Positions 1-8,587 are shown, counted from the stretch's first letter. The stretch: 64,000 nucleotides of DNA from an uncultured Sedimenticola sp. (GCA_964394235.1 CAYMWJ010000003.1:10896-74895), one strand, 5' to 3'. Made by a program: numbers and translations. Notes: generated by a model not told the origin, from the letters alone.

Positions 1-15
1 GGCTCCCTCGAAATG

Positions 16-62
16 CCCGCTCAAGAAGCCTTTGTGCGCTTTGTGTGCTTTGTGGTTACCCC
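16..62. repeat. Partial 9-nt-periodic repeat arm (CTTTGTG x3 + GTTACCCC)
   Basis: Near-identical to 6266..6312 (tcaagaag-c-CTTTGTGnnCTTTGTGtgCTTTGTGgttacccc). Confidence 0.75.
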
Positions 63-95
63 CTCAAGAAACCTTCTTGCCCTTGAACACGCGAG

Positions 96-902
96 CTACC
101 GCTGGCAGTGCGGGCACCACACGCTGTTGCGTTGCGCGATCTGACGCGCGCGCAGGAGGCTGCCGCAGCGGGGGCAGGGGTGGCCTTCGCGGCCATAGAC
201 GTGCAGCGACTGGGCGAAGTAGCCGGGGCGGCCGTCCTCGCGCTGGAAGTCGCGCAGGGTGGTGCCGCCCTGTGCGATGGCCTCGGTGAGCACTTGCCTG
301 ATGTGCGTCACCAGCGCGGCGATGCGCGGGCGGGCGATGCGGTCGCAGCGACGGGCCGGGGCGATACCGGCGAGAAACAGCGCCTCGGTGGCGTAGATGT
401 TGCCCACCCCCACCACCACGTGGCCGTCCATGATCAGCGCCTTGATCGGCACGCGTCGGCGCCGGGCCGCAGCGTACAGGTGGTCGGCATCGAAGGCATT
501 GGACAGCGGTTCGGGGCCGAGCTCGCGCAGCAGGGGGTGCTGTTCGGGCGGCTGGTCGGTCCACAGCACGGCGCCGAAGCGCCGCGGGTCACGCAGGCGC
601 AGGCAGTAGTCGGCGAATTGCAGGTCGAAATGGTCGTGGGCCTGTGGCGGGGTGTCGGCGGGCAGGATGCGCAGGCTGCCCGACATGCCCAGGTGCAGGA
701 TCAGGGTGCCGTGATCGAAGCGCAACAGCAGGTACTTGGCGCGGCGCTCGACTGCGCGCAGTGTCTGCCCGGCGAGATGGTCCAGGTCGGGCACGCGCCA
801 GCGCAGCTTCGGCTGACGCACGACCGTGCCGCGCACGGTCCGTCCTTCGAGGTGCGGGGCGATGCCGCGCCGGGTGGTCTCGACTTCGGGCAGTTCCGGC
901 AT
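96..902 (-). CDS. mutM: Formamidopyrimidine-DNA glycosylase
   Basis: N-terminal MPELPEVET catalytic motif, HLGMSG, GVGNIY and a C-terminal zinc finger (CPRC...CPHC); start reset to ATG at 902. Confidence 0.97.
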   Translation of the reverse strand: MPELPEVETTRRGIAPHLEGRTVRGTVVRQPKLRWRVPDLDHLAGQTLRAVERRAKYLLLRFDHGTLILHLGMSGSLRILPADTPPQAHDHFDLQFADYCLRLRDPRRFGAVLWTDQPPEQHPLLRELGPEPLSNAFDADHLYAAARRRRVPIKALIMDGHVVVGVGNIYATEALFLAGIAPARRCDRIARPRIAALVTHIRQVLTEAIAQGGTTLRDFQREDGRPGYFAQSLHVYGREGHPCPRCGSLLRARQIAQRNSVWCPHCQR

Positions 903-1390
903 CACTCGGCCTCGCGGAAGTGGCTGGCCGGCAGGCCGGCCAGGTCGAACCAGAAGTCGTCGATCAGGTGGACTCGATCGCCGACCTGCACATAGCGGTA
1001 ACCGGGGGGAGTGCTGGGGCCGCCGAAGCGGATGTGCAACTGGTCGAACCACAATGCGCGTTGTGGCTGCTCCAGCCCGGCCTGTTTCAGCAGTCCCGGA
1101 CTGGCGGGCCAGTCGCCATGGCTGGGGGCGCGCAACAGGGCCAGCAGATTGGCGACCCGGGACGGGCGGGCGCGGGCGATCTCGGGCAGGGTGAGCATCC
1201 AGCCTTCGGCATCGCGCAGCAGGGCCAGCCGCAGCTCGCCCTGTCCGAAGACCCGGATCTCCTGCACCTGCGCGGCAGGCAAGGTGGTGAGCGGCCTGGG
1301 CCCGGGCTTGTCCAGCTGGCGCAGCCAGAGCAGCAAGGCCACCAGCACGGCCAGCAGCAGGGTCAGCTGGTCGATGCCTCGCAGGCGCAT
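902..1390 (-). CDS. DUF4340-like membrane-anchored protein (short)
   Basis: N-terminal TM helix, GLEQP and RYVQVGDRVHLI segments typical of DUF4340; last gene of a Gld-like ABC operon with overlapping stop/start codons. Confidence 0.65.
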   Translation of the reverse strand: MRLRGIDQLTLLLAVLVALLLWLRQLDKPGPRPLTTLPAAQVQEIRVFGQGELRLALLRDAEGWMLTLPEIARARPSRVANLLALLRAPSHGDWPASPGLLKQAGLEQPQRALWFDQLHIRFGGPSTPPGYRYVQVGDRVHLIDDFWFDLAGLPASHFREAE

Positions 1391-3390
1391 CAGCTCCGCC
1401 CCCGCCGCCAGCGGATGAACAGCCCGGTCAGTGCCCACAACAGTGGCAGCGCGAGCAGGTGGGTCAGGGCGATGCGCGTGCCGGTCTCGGGCGACCAATC
1501 GATGGCGATGTCGTGCGCCGCGGTGCCGGTGCTCAGGCGGTTGCCGGTCAGCCAGTTGACCAGGCCCAGCAGCACGGCGCGGTTGCCGGCCTGGCCGAAC
1601 AGGGCATTGCGCGCGCAGTCGCTGTCACCCAGGATCAGCACCTGCGCCTTGTCCTTGCGCAGCGCCAGGCCCACCAGGTGGCGGGCCTTGCGTTCCCCTT
1701 GCAGGGGGTCATGGTGCGCCGTGCCGGGCTTGGTCTCGTTCCAGGTGGCGACCGGGGTCTCGAGGCGGGCGACCGTCTCCCAGCCGTTCTCCGCCGGGTC
1801 CAGCAGGGCATGGGCGCCGTCGAGCAGCAGCGGGGCGGACGGCGGTGAGCCCAGCAGGGGGGCGAGCCCGGCGCGGATCCCCAGGCGGGCCGGTCCCAGG
1901 CCGGTCTGCGGGGTGTCGCTCACCAGGGTGCCGGGCAGGGTCTCCAGGCCCAGCAGGGCCTGCAGGTTGTCGCTGGGATCGTCCTCGTGCAGCCAGAACA
2001 GATGCCCCCCTCGCGCCAGGTAGCGCCGCAGGGCCTCGCGGGTCGGGGCGGGCAGGGCGCGGCGCGGGGCGGCGACCACCACCAGGGCGGCGTTGTCCGG
2101 AATCGTCGCGTTGCCCGCCAGACCCAGCACCCGGTAGCCCAGTTCGTCGAGGGCGTCGGCCCAGGCGCCGATCCCCTGCGGATTTTCGTGGTCCAGCGCG
2201 GCCTCGCCATGGCCCTGCAGGACCACGATCCAGGGATCGCCGGTACGCGCGATACGGGTGAAGGCGCGCAGCAGGGCGGCGGGGGTCGGCCGGAGTACCC
2301 GCTGGCTCCTGCCCATGCCTTCGATGTGCAGCTCGCCCTCGCGGGTGACGCCGGCTTCGCGGGCCAGTTGTGGCTCGCGACGCGGGTCGATCCAGCGCAG
2401 GCGCAACTGCGGATAGCGGGCCTGCAAGGGGGCGATGAGCTTTTCGATATGCGCGCGCAGCACCGGGTGGTCCGGCGCCCAGGCGGTGACCACCACCGGG
2501 CCATGCAGGGCGTCCAGGGCCTGGAGCAGGGCCTTGGGCAGCGGATGCACGCGGTAGAGGGTGAGATTGTGCCGCTGCGACAGATCGGCGGCCAGGCCCA
2601 GTGCCGTCAGCAGCAGGCTGAGGGCGAACGCTTCGCGCAGTGGCTGCCAGCGCGCCCGTTCCCGCTCGCGCAGCAGAACCAGGCCGCTGGCGGCCAGGGT
2701 AGCGAGGGTCAGCAAGACGAAATAGGCGATGTCGTCGAGCCGCAGGGTGCCGCGCAGGCCAGGGTCGAGGTGCGGCGCCAGGGCCAGCCAGCGCCAGGCC
2801 GCCTCGCGCGGGGCAAAGCTGTCGAGCAGCCACAGGAAGCCGCCGACGAGCAGGGCTAGGGCCATGGCGGAGGCGGGGCGGCGGGCGAGCGCCGAGCACA
2901 GCAGCGAGATCCCCGCCAGCAGGGCGGCCAGCAGGGCGAGCGTCGCCCAGGCCACGGCCAGGCGGTCCCATTCCACCTGCATGCCCAGTGCCAGGCTGGC
3001 CGGCAGCGCCATCAGGGCACTGATCAGTGCCAGGATTGGCAGCAGGATGCCCAGCCACTTCGCGAGCACCAGTGCAGGGAGCGACAGCGGGGTGGCGAGC
3101 AAGTATGGCAGGCGGTCTTGCTGGCGTTCGCTGGCGATGGCCGACATGCCGCCGAGCGGCACCATCGGCAGGAGCAGCAGGGCCAGGGTGCCCAGAGTGG
3201 GGGTGATCAGCAGGTCGTTGATCCCCAGCGGCAGCTGGTGGGCCAGCAGGTCGGGCTGGATCTGTTGATACACCTGCAGTTGCGCGAACAGCATCCAGGC
3301 CAGGATCAGCCAGGTGCCCGCGGCGAGCAGCCAGAAGGTCGAGCCGGTGAAGCGTGCGCGCAGTTCCCGCGCCAGCAGGTGCTGGATCAT
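1390..3390 (-). CDS. ABC-2 permease (GldF-like) fused to GldG-type auxiliary domain
   Basis: N-terminal multi-TM permease (ARELRARF, SERQQDRLPYLLATP, VLAKW) followed by GldG-like WIDP, GHGE and VAAPRR motifs; start at ATG 3390 overlaps the upstream stop. Confidence 0.8.
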   Translation of the reverse strand: MIQHLLARELRARFTGSTFWLLAAGTWLILAWMLFAQLQVYQQIQPDLLAHQLPLGINDLLITPTLGTLALLLLPMVPLGGMSAIASERQQDRLPYLLATPLSLPALVLAKWLGILLPILALISALMALPASLALGMQVEWDRLAVAWATLALLAALLAGISLLCSALARRPASAMALALLVGGFLWLLDSFAPREAAWRWLALAPHLDPGLRGTLRLDDIAYFVLLTLATLAASGLVLLRERERARWQPLREAFALSLLLTALGLAADLSQRHNLTLYRVHPLPKALLQALDALHGPVVVTAWAPDHPVLRAHIEKLIAPLQARYPQLRLRWIDPRREPQLAREAGVTREGELHIEGMGRSQRVLRPTPAALLRAFTRIARTGDPWIVVLQGHGEAALDHENPQGIGAWADALDELGYRVLGLAGNATIPDNAALVVVAAPRRALPAPTREALRRYLARGGHLFWLHEDDPSDNLQALLGLETLPGTLVSDTPQTGLGPARLGIRAGLAPLLGSPPSAPLLLDGAHALLDPAENGWETVARLETPVATWNETKPGTAHHDPLQGERKARHLVGLALRKDKAQVLILGDSDCARNALFGQAGNRAVLLGLVNWLTGNRLSTGTAAHDIAIDWSPETGTRIALTHLLALPLLWALTGLFIRWRRGRS

Positions 3391-4268
3391 GCGGCGGTCC
3401 CCAGGCTGAGCGCGCGGAAGCGCGCCATCAGGTCCGAGCCCTCGGGTTGCCAGCGGCACAGCCCCCAGCCTTGGGCGGCGATCCGTTCGGCCAGGTCGGT
3501 CGGGGCGTCCTCGGCGAGCTGCAGCAGCAGTTCGTCCGCGTCGCGCGCCAGCACCGCGTCGATGCCCGGCTGTTGCAGCAGCTGCGCAGCGGACGGCGGG
3601 CGCAGAAAACGCGCGCGCACCCGTGGCGCGGCCATGCGCACCGGCTCGTCGGCCACGATCCGCCCCTGGTGCATCAGCAGGGCGCGGTCGCACAGTGCAT
3701 CGATATCGGGCAGCAGGTGCGAGGCGATCAGCACCGCGCGCTCGCCGGCGATGGCTTGGATGTGGCAGCGCAGCCGTTCCGCCTGTAAGGGGTCGAGCCC
3801 GGCGGTGGGTTCGTCGAGCAACAGGATGTCCGGCTCGTGGGCCAGTACGCAGGCCAGCCCCAGGCGCATGCGCTCGCCGCCGGACAGGCGCCAGGCCAGC
3901 CGTCGGCGCAGGGGCAACAGATCGAAGGTCTCGAGCAGCGCATCACAACGTTCGCGCGCCACGCGGTGCCCCAGTTGCAGGCCGGCTAGGAAGATCAGGT
4001 TCTCGGCGACCGTCAGCTCGGGATACAGCGGCGGGTGCTGCGGCAGCCAGCCGATGCGGCGGCGCGCTGCCCGCGTCAACGGGCGGCCGGCGATCTGCAA
4101 GCGGCCACGCACGCCCGGTAGTGCCCCGGCCAGCGCCGCCAGCGCGCTGGACTTGCCGGCGCCGTTGATGCCCAGCAGGCCCCCCGTCTCGCCACGGTGC
4201 AGGGTCAGCGAGAAGTCATCCAGGCGTGGGCGCAGGCACAGATTGCGGGCTTGCAACAGGACATCCAT
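3387..4268 (-). CDS. ABC transporter ATP-binding protein (GldA-like)
   Basis: Walker A GINGAGKS, signature LSGGE, Walker B LLLDEPT, SH switch. Confidence 0.92.
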   Translation of the reverse strand: MDVLLQARNLCLRPRLDDFSLTLHRGETGGLLGINGAGKSSALAALAGALPGVRGRLQIAGRPLTRAARRRIGWLPQHPPLYPELTVAENLIFLAGLQLGHRVARERCDALLETFDLLPLRRRLAWRLSGGERMRLGLACVLAHEPDILLLDEPTAGLDPLQAERLRCHIQAIAGERAVLIASHLLPDIDALCDRALLMHQGRIVADEPVRMAAPRVRARFLRPPSAAQLLQQPGIDAVLARDADELLLQLAEDAPTDLAERIAAQGWGLCRWQPEGSDLMARFRALSLGTAA

Positions 4269-4310
4269 GGCCGCGCAGGGTAGCAAGCCGGCGCGAGAAG
4301 CGCCAAGGGT

Positions 4311-4460
4311 GGGGCGGGGACCAATGTGCGTCGTTCTTTCGGGCGGCAGGGGTTGTCATTTTCGAGCCAGAACTTGGCCTCGCCCTCTCCCGAGATCACA
4401 TGGATATGCCGACGTGTCTCTATCTTTCGAGAAAAAGAAAAACCGATAGCCTCTTTCCGA
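4311..4460 (-). pseudogene. Internally deleted, frameshifted duplicate of the DUF4160/DUF2442 locus
   Basis: 4311..4360 matches 5415..5464 and 4361..4460 matches about 5809..5905 with a 1-bp insertion (ctctATcttt vs ctctTcttt). Confidence 0.8.
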
Positions 4461-4464
4461 AAAT

Positions 4465-4493
4465 AGGGCACCTCGAATTTTTCGAGGTGCCCT
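4465..4493. terminator. Perfect 13-bp hairpin; possible hicAB terminator or IS-end scar
   Basis: AGGGCACCTCGAA-TTT-TTCGAGGTGCCCT just downstream of hicB. Confidence 0.5.
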
Positions 4494-4506
4494 GGGGTTG
4501 CAACGG

Positions 4507-4899
4507 TTATGAATGCGCCAGCACCTCGCTGACAGCGGAACGAATCAACCCGCTACGGGTCATCCCATGCGCCTTGGCATAGCGGTCCATCTGCGCCACC
4601 AGCCCGCGCGGCAACGACACATTCACCCGCGTGGGCTTGGTGTCCAGGCGGCTGGTATCGATGTCCATCAGCAGCCACACTCCGTCCTGATATTGCTCGT
4701 CCTGCATCAGCACATCCAGCGGCGTGGGCTCCGGCAGGTCCATGTCCTCGCCCTCGCAATAGACCTCCACCGCCTCCTGCACCATGGCCGGAATCTGATC
4801 CCACTCGTCCGCCGCGCTGAAGCAACCGGGAAAATCCGGCACGATTACCCCATGGGAATGGCGCTCGTCACCAGGATGCACATAGACGGGATAGATCAT
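4507..4899 (-). CDS. hicB: HicB family antitoxin with C-terminal RHH
   Basis: VIVPDFPGCFSAAD HicB motif; RVNVSLP...MTRSGLI ribbon-helix-helix. Confidence 0.92.
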   Translation of the reverse strand: MIYPVYVHPGDERHSHGVIVPDFPGCFSAADEWDQIPAMVQEAVEVYCEGEDMDLPEPTPLDVLMQDEQYQDGVWLLMDIDTSRLDTKPTRVNVSLPRGLVAQMDRYAKAHGMTRSGLIRSAVSEVLAHS

Positions 4900-4902
4900 C
4901 GC

Positions 4903-5091
4903 TCACCTCCATTTCCAACCGGCTTGCCGGAAAATAGCGCGCAGGGTGCCGATCGAAATGTCCTTGCGTGGATGGGGGACCACCACATGGCCGGGCTTGT
5001 CCGGGTGCTTGAACTTCTCGTGATCGCCCTTGCCGCCGACCTTCACCCAGCCATCGGCCTTCAGGCGCTTGATCAGTTCCCTGCTGTTCAT
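4903..5091 (-). CDS. hicA: HicA family toxin (mRNA interferase)
   Basis: MNSRELIKRLKADGW...GDHEKFKHP...VVVPHPRKDISIGTLRAI. Confidence 0.93.
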   Translation of the reverse strand: MNSRELIKRLKADGWVKVGGKGDHEKFKHPDKPGHVVVPHPRKDISIGTLRAIFRQAGWKWR

Positions 5092-5098
5092 GGGTGTG

Positions 5099-5104
5099 AT
5101 TATA
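5099..5104 (-). promoter_or_regulatory. -10 box (TATAAT) 7 nt upstream of the hicA ATG; probably a leaderless transcript
   Basis: attata at 5099..5104 on the + strand; no Shine-Dalgarno sequence between it and the start codon. Confidence 0.55.
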
Positions 5105-5138
5105 CATACTTCTACACAATGCGAAGGGCGAATTTGAC

Positions 5139-5414
5139 CTGGCGTCTCCCCATTTTTTCACCTGATTGCTCCCGAGTAGTCCAGGGGCATTGGCGAACAG
5201 GGCGGGCAATCCGTCCACCCAGCCGCTCAGACGGACTTTCCATTTGGCGCGTTTTCTGGCATCTTGAGTCATCGGAGTTTTCCTTGGGGTTCAATGGCTT
5301 GGTTACACTTCCATTTTACCCCATCGAAAACTCCGATTCTTCACTTGCAGCCCATCTTCCCCTTGATTTTCAAACTCTTAAGGAATCTATTCCGAAAAAA
5401 TGGGGAGACGCCAG
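5139..5414. mobile_element. 276-bp MITE or internally deleted IS with perfect 21-bp terminal inverted repeats
   Basis: CTGGCGTCTCCCCATTTTTTC (5139..5159) and its exact reverse complement (5394..5414); lower-GC interior. Confidence 0.82.
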
Positions 5415-5459
5415 TGGGGCGGGGCCAAGGTGCGTCGTCCTTTCGGGCGGCAGGGGGTG

Positions 5460-5726
5460 TCATTCTGTCCGGGCGGAAAGCGGGAAGCGCTCCGGATGTT
5501 CGATCATCTCCTCGGTGAGATCGACATCCAGCGCGGGCCAGTGAAAATGACCAGGCGCGATCTCCTCGACCTCGAGGATGGCCACCACTTTCTGGTCCCG
5601 GAACCACGGAAACTGCGCATAAGGCAGGAAGAGTTCCTTGCCATGGGCCAGAACCCAGAAGCCGTGGGCGGAGATGTTGGTCACTTCAACGCCCGAAGTG
5701 TCTTTCCCATGCGGCAAGGAGTTCAT
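5460..5726 (-). CDS. DUF2442 family protein (putative antitoxin)
   Basis: VEVTNISAHGFW...ELFLPYAQFPWF...HWPALDVDL pattern. Confidence 0.85.
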   Translation of the reverse strand: MNSLPHGKDTSGVEVTNISAHGFWVLAHGKELFLPYAQFPWFRDQKVVAILEVEEIAPGHFHWPALDVDLTEEMIEHPERFPLSARTE

Positions 5727-5925
5727 CGTAGTGCGCCTCTATCAGCCTTTCGATCTCGTTGAGCTGCCTCCGGCCGTAGCGGTGGCTCTTCGATAGCGCG
5801 ATTTCCGGTTCGAGCCAGAACTTGGCCTCGCCCTCTCCCGAGATCACATGGACATGCCGACGTGTCTCTTCTTTCGAGAAAAAGAAAAACCGATAGCCTC
5901 TTTCCCTGAAGATAGTGGGACTCAT
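5686..5925 (-). CDS. DUF4160 family protein (putative toxin)
   Basis: MSPTIFRERGYRFFFFSKEE..HVHV..GEGEAKFWLEP pattern, paired with DUF2442. Confidence 0.87.
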   Translation of the reverse strand: MSPTIFRERGYRFFFFSKEETRRHVHVISGEGEAKFWLEPEIALSKSHRYGRRQLNEIERLIEAHYDELLAAWERHFGR

Positions 5926-6098
5926 CGTCCGTTCCGCCCTCCGTGGGGCCCACGCCTTCCCTGGCAATGGTTGTCAGTCTAGTCCGTGTGTCTCGATCCG
6001 CAACCCCCTCAGAAACTCGTCTGCCAGTTGGCGGCCAGCCACCAGGTGGGCATGGGGCCATTGGTGGTGGCATTGAGCATCAGCGAGCCGGTGCCCCT

Positions 6099-6230
6099 GC
6101 AGGAAGGTCCGCGCTTCGCCTTTTGCCATCGTCAAGCTCTGTGCGCTCTGTGTCCTCTGTGGTGAAGAATCAGGGGTACCAACGTATCTTCCATGATCAG
6201 GGGTGTGGTCGGCCCGCGTCATGAGAGTTG
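6099..6230 (+). repeat. Right half of the CTCTGTG-periodic repeat element
   Basis: Shares GCTTCGCCTTTTGCCATCGTCAAGCTC, CTCTGTG x3 and the ...CATGAGAGTT tail with the copies at 9144 and 31437. Confidence 0.85.
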
Positions 6231-6265
6231 GCCTCTTTGGCGACCTTCGCAGTTCCCCCGAAGCT

Positions 6266-6312
6266 CCCGTTCAAGAAGTCTTTGTGCTCTTTGTGTGCTT
6301 TGTGGTTACCCC
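6266..6312. repeat. CTTTGTG-periodic repeat arm
   Basis: Near-identical to 16..62. Confidence 0.75.
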
Positions 6313-6379
6313 TTCCAAAGCCTTTGCAGTTTTCACCCCCGGTTCCTATCGCGTCGTCGGCTCTCTACAATCCGCAGCC

Positions 6380-8371
6380 ATGATCTGGCTTGGCGTGGAC
6401 ACCGGCGGCACCTTCACCGATTTCGTCTGTTTCGACGAGGACGGTGGTGTGCGTGTGCACAAGGTGCTGTCGACGCCGGAGGCGCCGGAGCGGGCCATCC
6501 TGCAGGGCATCGCCGAGCTGGAGCTGCCACTCGATCGCTTGCAGGTGGTGCATGGCTCCACGGTGGCGACCAACGCGGTGCTCGAGGGCAAGGGCATGCG
6601 CACGGTGTTCGTCACCAATCGTGGTTTTGGTGATCTGTTGACCATCGGCCGCCAGGCGCGGCGCGCGCTGTACGATCTGCGACCGGTGAAGCGCCCACCG
6701 CCGGTGCCTCCGGAGGATTGCCTGGAGACCGGCGGGCGCATCGGTGCCGATGGCTCGGTGGTCGAGCCGCTCACCGACGACGATCTTGCCGCTCTGCGTG
6801 ATGCACTGGCCGAGCGCGATCCCGAGGCAGTGGCGGTCTGCCTGTTGTTCTCCTGGTTGCGGCCCGAGCTGGAGCAGCGCCTGCGCGAGGCCGTTCCGGA
6901 AGGCTGTTTCGTGTCGCTCTCCTCCGAGGTGTTGCCCGAGGTGCGCGAGTACGAGCGCGGCATGGCGACCTGGCTGAATGCCTGGGTGGGGCCGCGTGTC
7001 GCTGGCTACCTGCGCCGGCTGAGCGCGGGCCTGCCCGGGGTGCCGGTGTCGGTGATGCAGAGTGCGGGCGAGACCATGAGCGCCGAGCAGGCGGCGGGGC
7101 AGGCGGTGCGCATGTTGCTCTCGGGACCGGCTGGTGGACTGTTGGCGGCGCAGCACCTGGGCGAGCGCGCCGGTTTCGATCGCCTGCTCACCTTCGACAT
7201 GGGCGGCACCTCGACCGACGTGGCGCTGATCGAGGGCGAGCTGGCGTTGACCAGCGAGGGGCGCATCGGCGACTGGCCGGTGGCGGTGCCCATGATGGAC
7301 ATGCACACCATCGGCGCCGGTGGTGGTTCGATCGCCTGGATCGACGAGGGCGGGATGCTGCAGGTGGGGCCGGAGTCGGCGGGCGCCGATCCGGGGCCGG
7401 CCTGTTACGGACGCGGGGGTGAGCGGCCCGCGGTGACCGATGCCAACCTGTTGCTTGGCCGCCTGCAGGCCGACGCCTTCCTGGGTGGCGGCATGCGCCT
7501 GGACCGGGCGGCAGCGCAGCGGGCCATGCGACCGATCGCCGAGGCGCTGGGCGGTGACCTGCTGGCCGCTGCGCGCGCCGTGATCGATGTCGCCAATGCC
7601 CACATGGCGCGTGCCTTGCGGGCCATTTCCATCCGGCGTGGCGTGGATACGCGGGGGCATCTGCTGGTGTCCTTCGGTGGCGCGGGCGGGTTGCACGTGT
7701 GCGAACTGGCCGAGGCGCTGGACATGCGCCAGGCCATGGTGCCGGCGCATGGCGGCGTGCTCTCGGCGCTGGGCATGCTGGTGGCGCGGCCGGGGCGCCA
7801 GTTGTCGCTGACCCTGATGCGCAGGCTGGACGAGGCGGACCTCGAGGCGGCGGTGGCCGATGCCCTGGAACGCCTGCGCGAGCGGGCGGCGGTCATGCTG
7901 GCGCCGGAAGGTATCGTGCTGGAGCGGGCCGAGGTCGTGGTGAGCGCCGATCTGCGCTATCGCGGCCAGTCGCATACCCTGAACCTGCCGTGGGAGGGCG
8001 CGGTACGCACGGCCTCGGCCTTTCACGCGCGGCACGCCGAGCGTTACGGCCATGCCCTCGACCAGCCGGTGGAGCTGGTGACCCTGCGCCTGGCGGTGCG
8101 CGGCGAGGGCTGTGGCTTCCGCCTGCCGAACTGGCGGGCGGACGGCCAACCCGATCCGCAGCCCGTGTCGGTGCCGGGGTGTGGCGAGGTGTCGCTCTAC
8201 CGACGCGAGACCTTGCCGCCGGGCTTTGCCTTCGCCGGCCCGGCGATCGTGGCCGAGCAGGTGGCTACCACCTGGGTGGCGCCGGGCTGGTGCGGCCGGG
8301 TGGACGATTTCGGCAATCTGTTGTTGCAGCGTGACTGGAACGAGGGCTGTTCCGTGCGGAAGCCGGGATAG
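6380..8371 (+). CDS. Hydantoinase/oxoprolinase family, A (N-terminal, ATP-binding) subunit
   Basis: GVDTGGTFTD, HGSTVATNA, SGPAGG, DMGGTSTD, IGAGGGS, GPESAGADPGPACY. Confidence 0.92.
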   Translation: MIWLGVDTGGTFTDFVCFDEDGGVRVHKVLSTPEAPERAILQGIAELELPLDRLQVVHGSTVATNAVLEGKGMRTVFVTNRGFGDLLTIGRQARRALYDLRPVKRPPPVPPEDCLETGGRIGADGSVVEPLTDDDLAALRDALAERDPEAVAVCLLFSWLRPELEQRLREAVPEGCFVSLSSEVLPEVREYERGMATWLNAWVGPRVAGYLRRLSAGLPGVPVSVMQSAGETMSAEQAAGQAVRMLLSGPAGGLLAAQHLGERAGFDRLLTFDMGGTSTDVALIEGELALTSEGRIGDWPVAVPMMDMHTIGAGGGSIAWIDEGGMLQVGPESAGADPGPACYGRGGERPAVTDANLLLGRLQADAFLGGGMRLDRAAAQRAMRPIAEALGGDLLAAARAVIDVANAHMARALRAISIRRGVDTRGHLLVSFGGAGGLHVCELAEALDMRQAMVPAHGGVLSALGMLVARPGRQLSLTLMRRLDEADLEAAVADALERLRERAAVMLAPEGIVLERAEVVVSADLRYRGQSHTLNLPWEGAVRTASAFHARHAERYGHALDQPVELVTLRLAVRGEGCGFRLPNWRADGQPDPQPVSVPGCGEVSLYRRETLPPGFAFAGPAIVAEQVATTWVAPGWCGRVDDFGNLLLQRDWNEGCSVRKPG

Positions 8372-8557
8372 CCACGACAGCATTCGGGATTCAGGTTCCG
8401 GTTCCGTCGAAGCCTTGCACTGGGCTGGCCGGCCGGCATGCCTGAACCTGCATCCCCTGGTGGCCCATTTCTTCCGTTTCTGGCTGTGGCTGACCACCGG
8501 CATGGTGACCGGCGAGTGGGTGCGGTCGTCGTCCGATCTCTGTCCGTCCCTGGACAA

Positions 8558-8587
8558 GCAAAAACCCGCCAGCGGCGGGTTTTTTGC
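8558..8587. terminator. Bidirectional rho-independent terminator
   Basis: gcAAAAACCCGCC-agc-GGCGGGTTTTTTgc between convergent genes. Confidence 0.85.

Noticed and set aside
6203-6379. N-terminal extensions of the hydantoinase ORF (and of the MMPL ORF, 31567..31734)
   Set aside because: The extensions run through repeat DNA; the real starts are placed at the first family-typical Met
8372-8557. 6S RNA or another housekeeping ncRNA
   Set aside because: It lacks the recognisable 6S central-bubble motifs and the usual zapA/ygfA context
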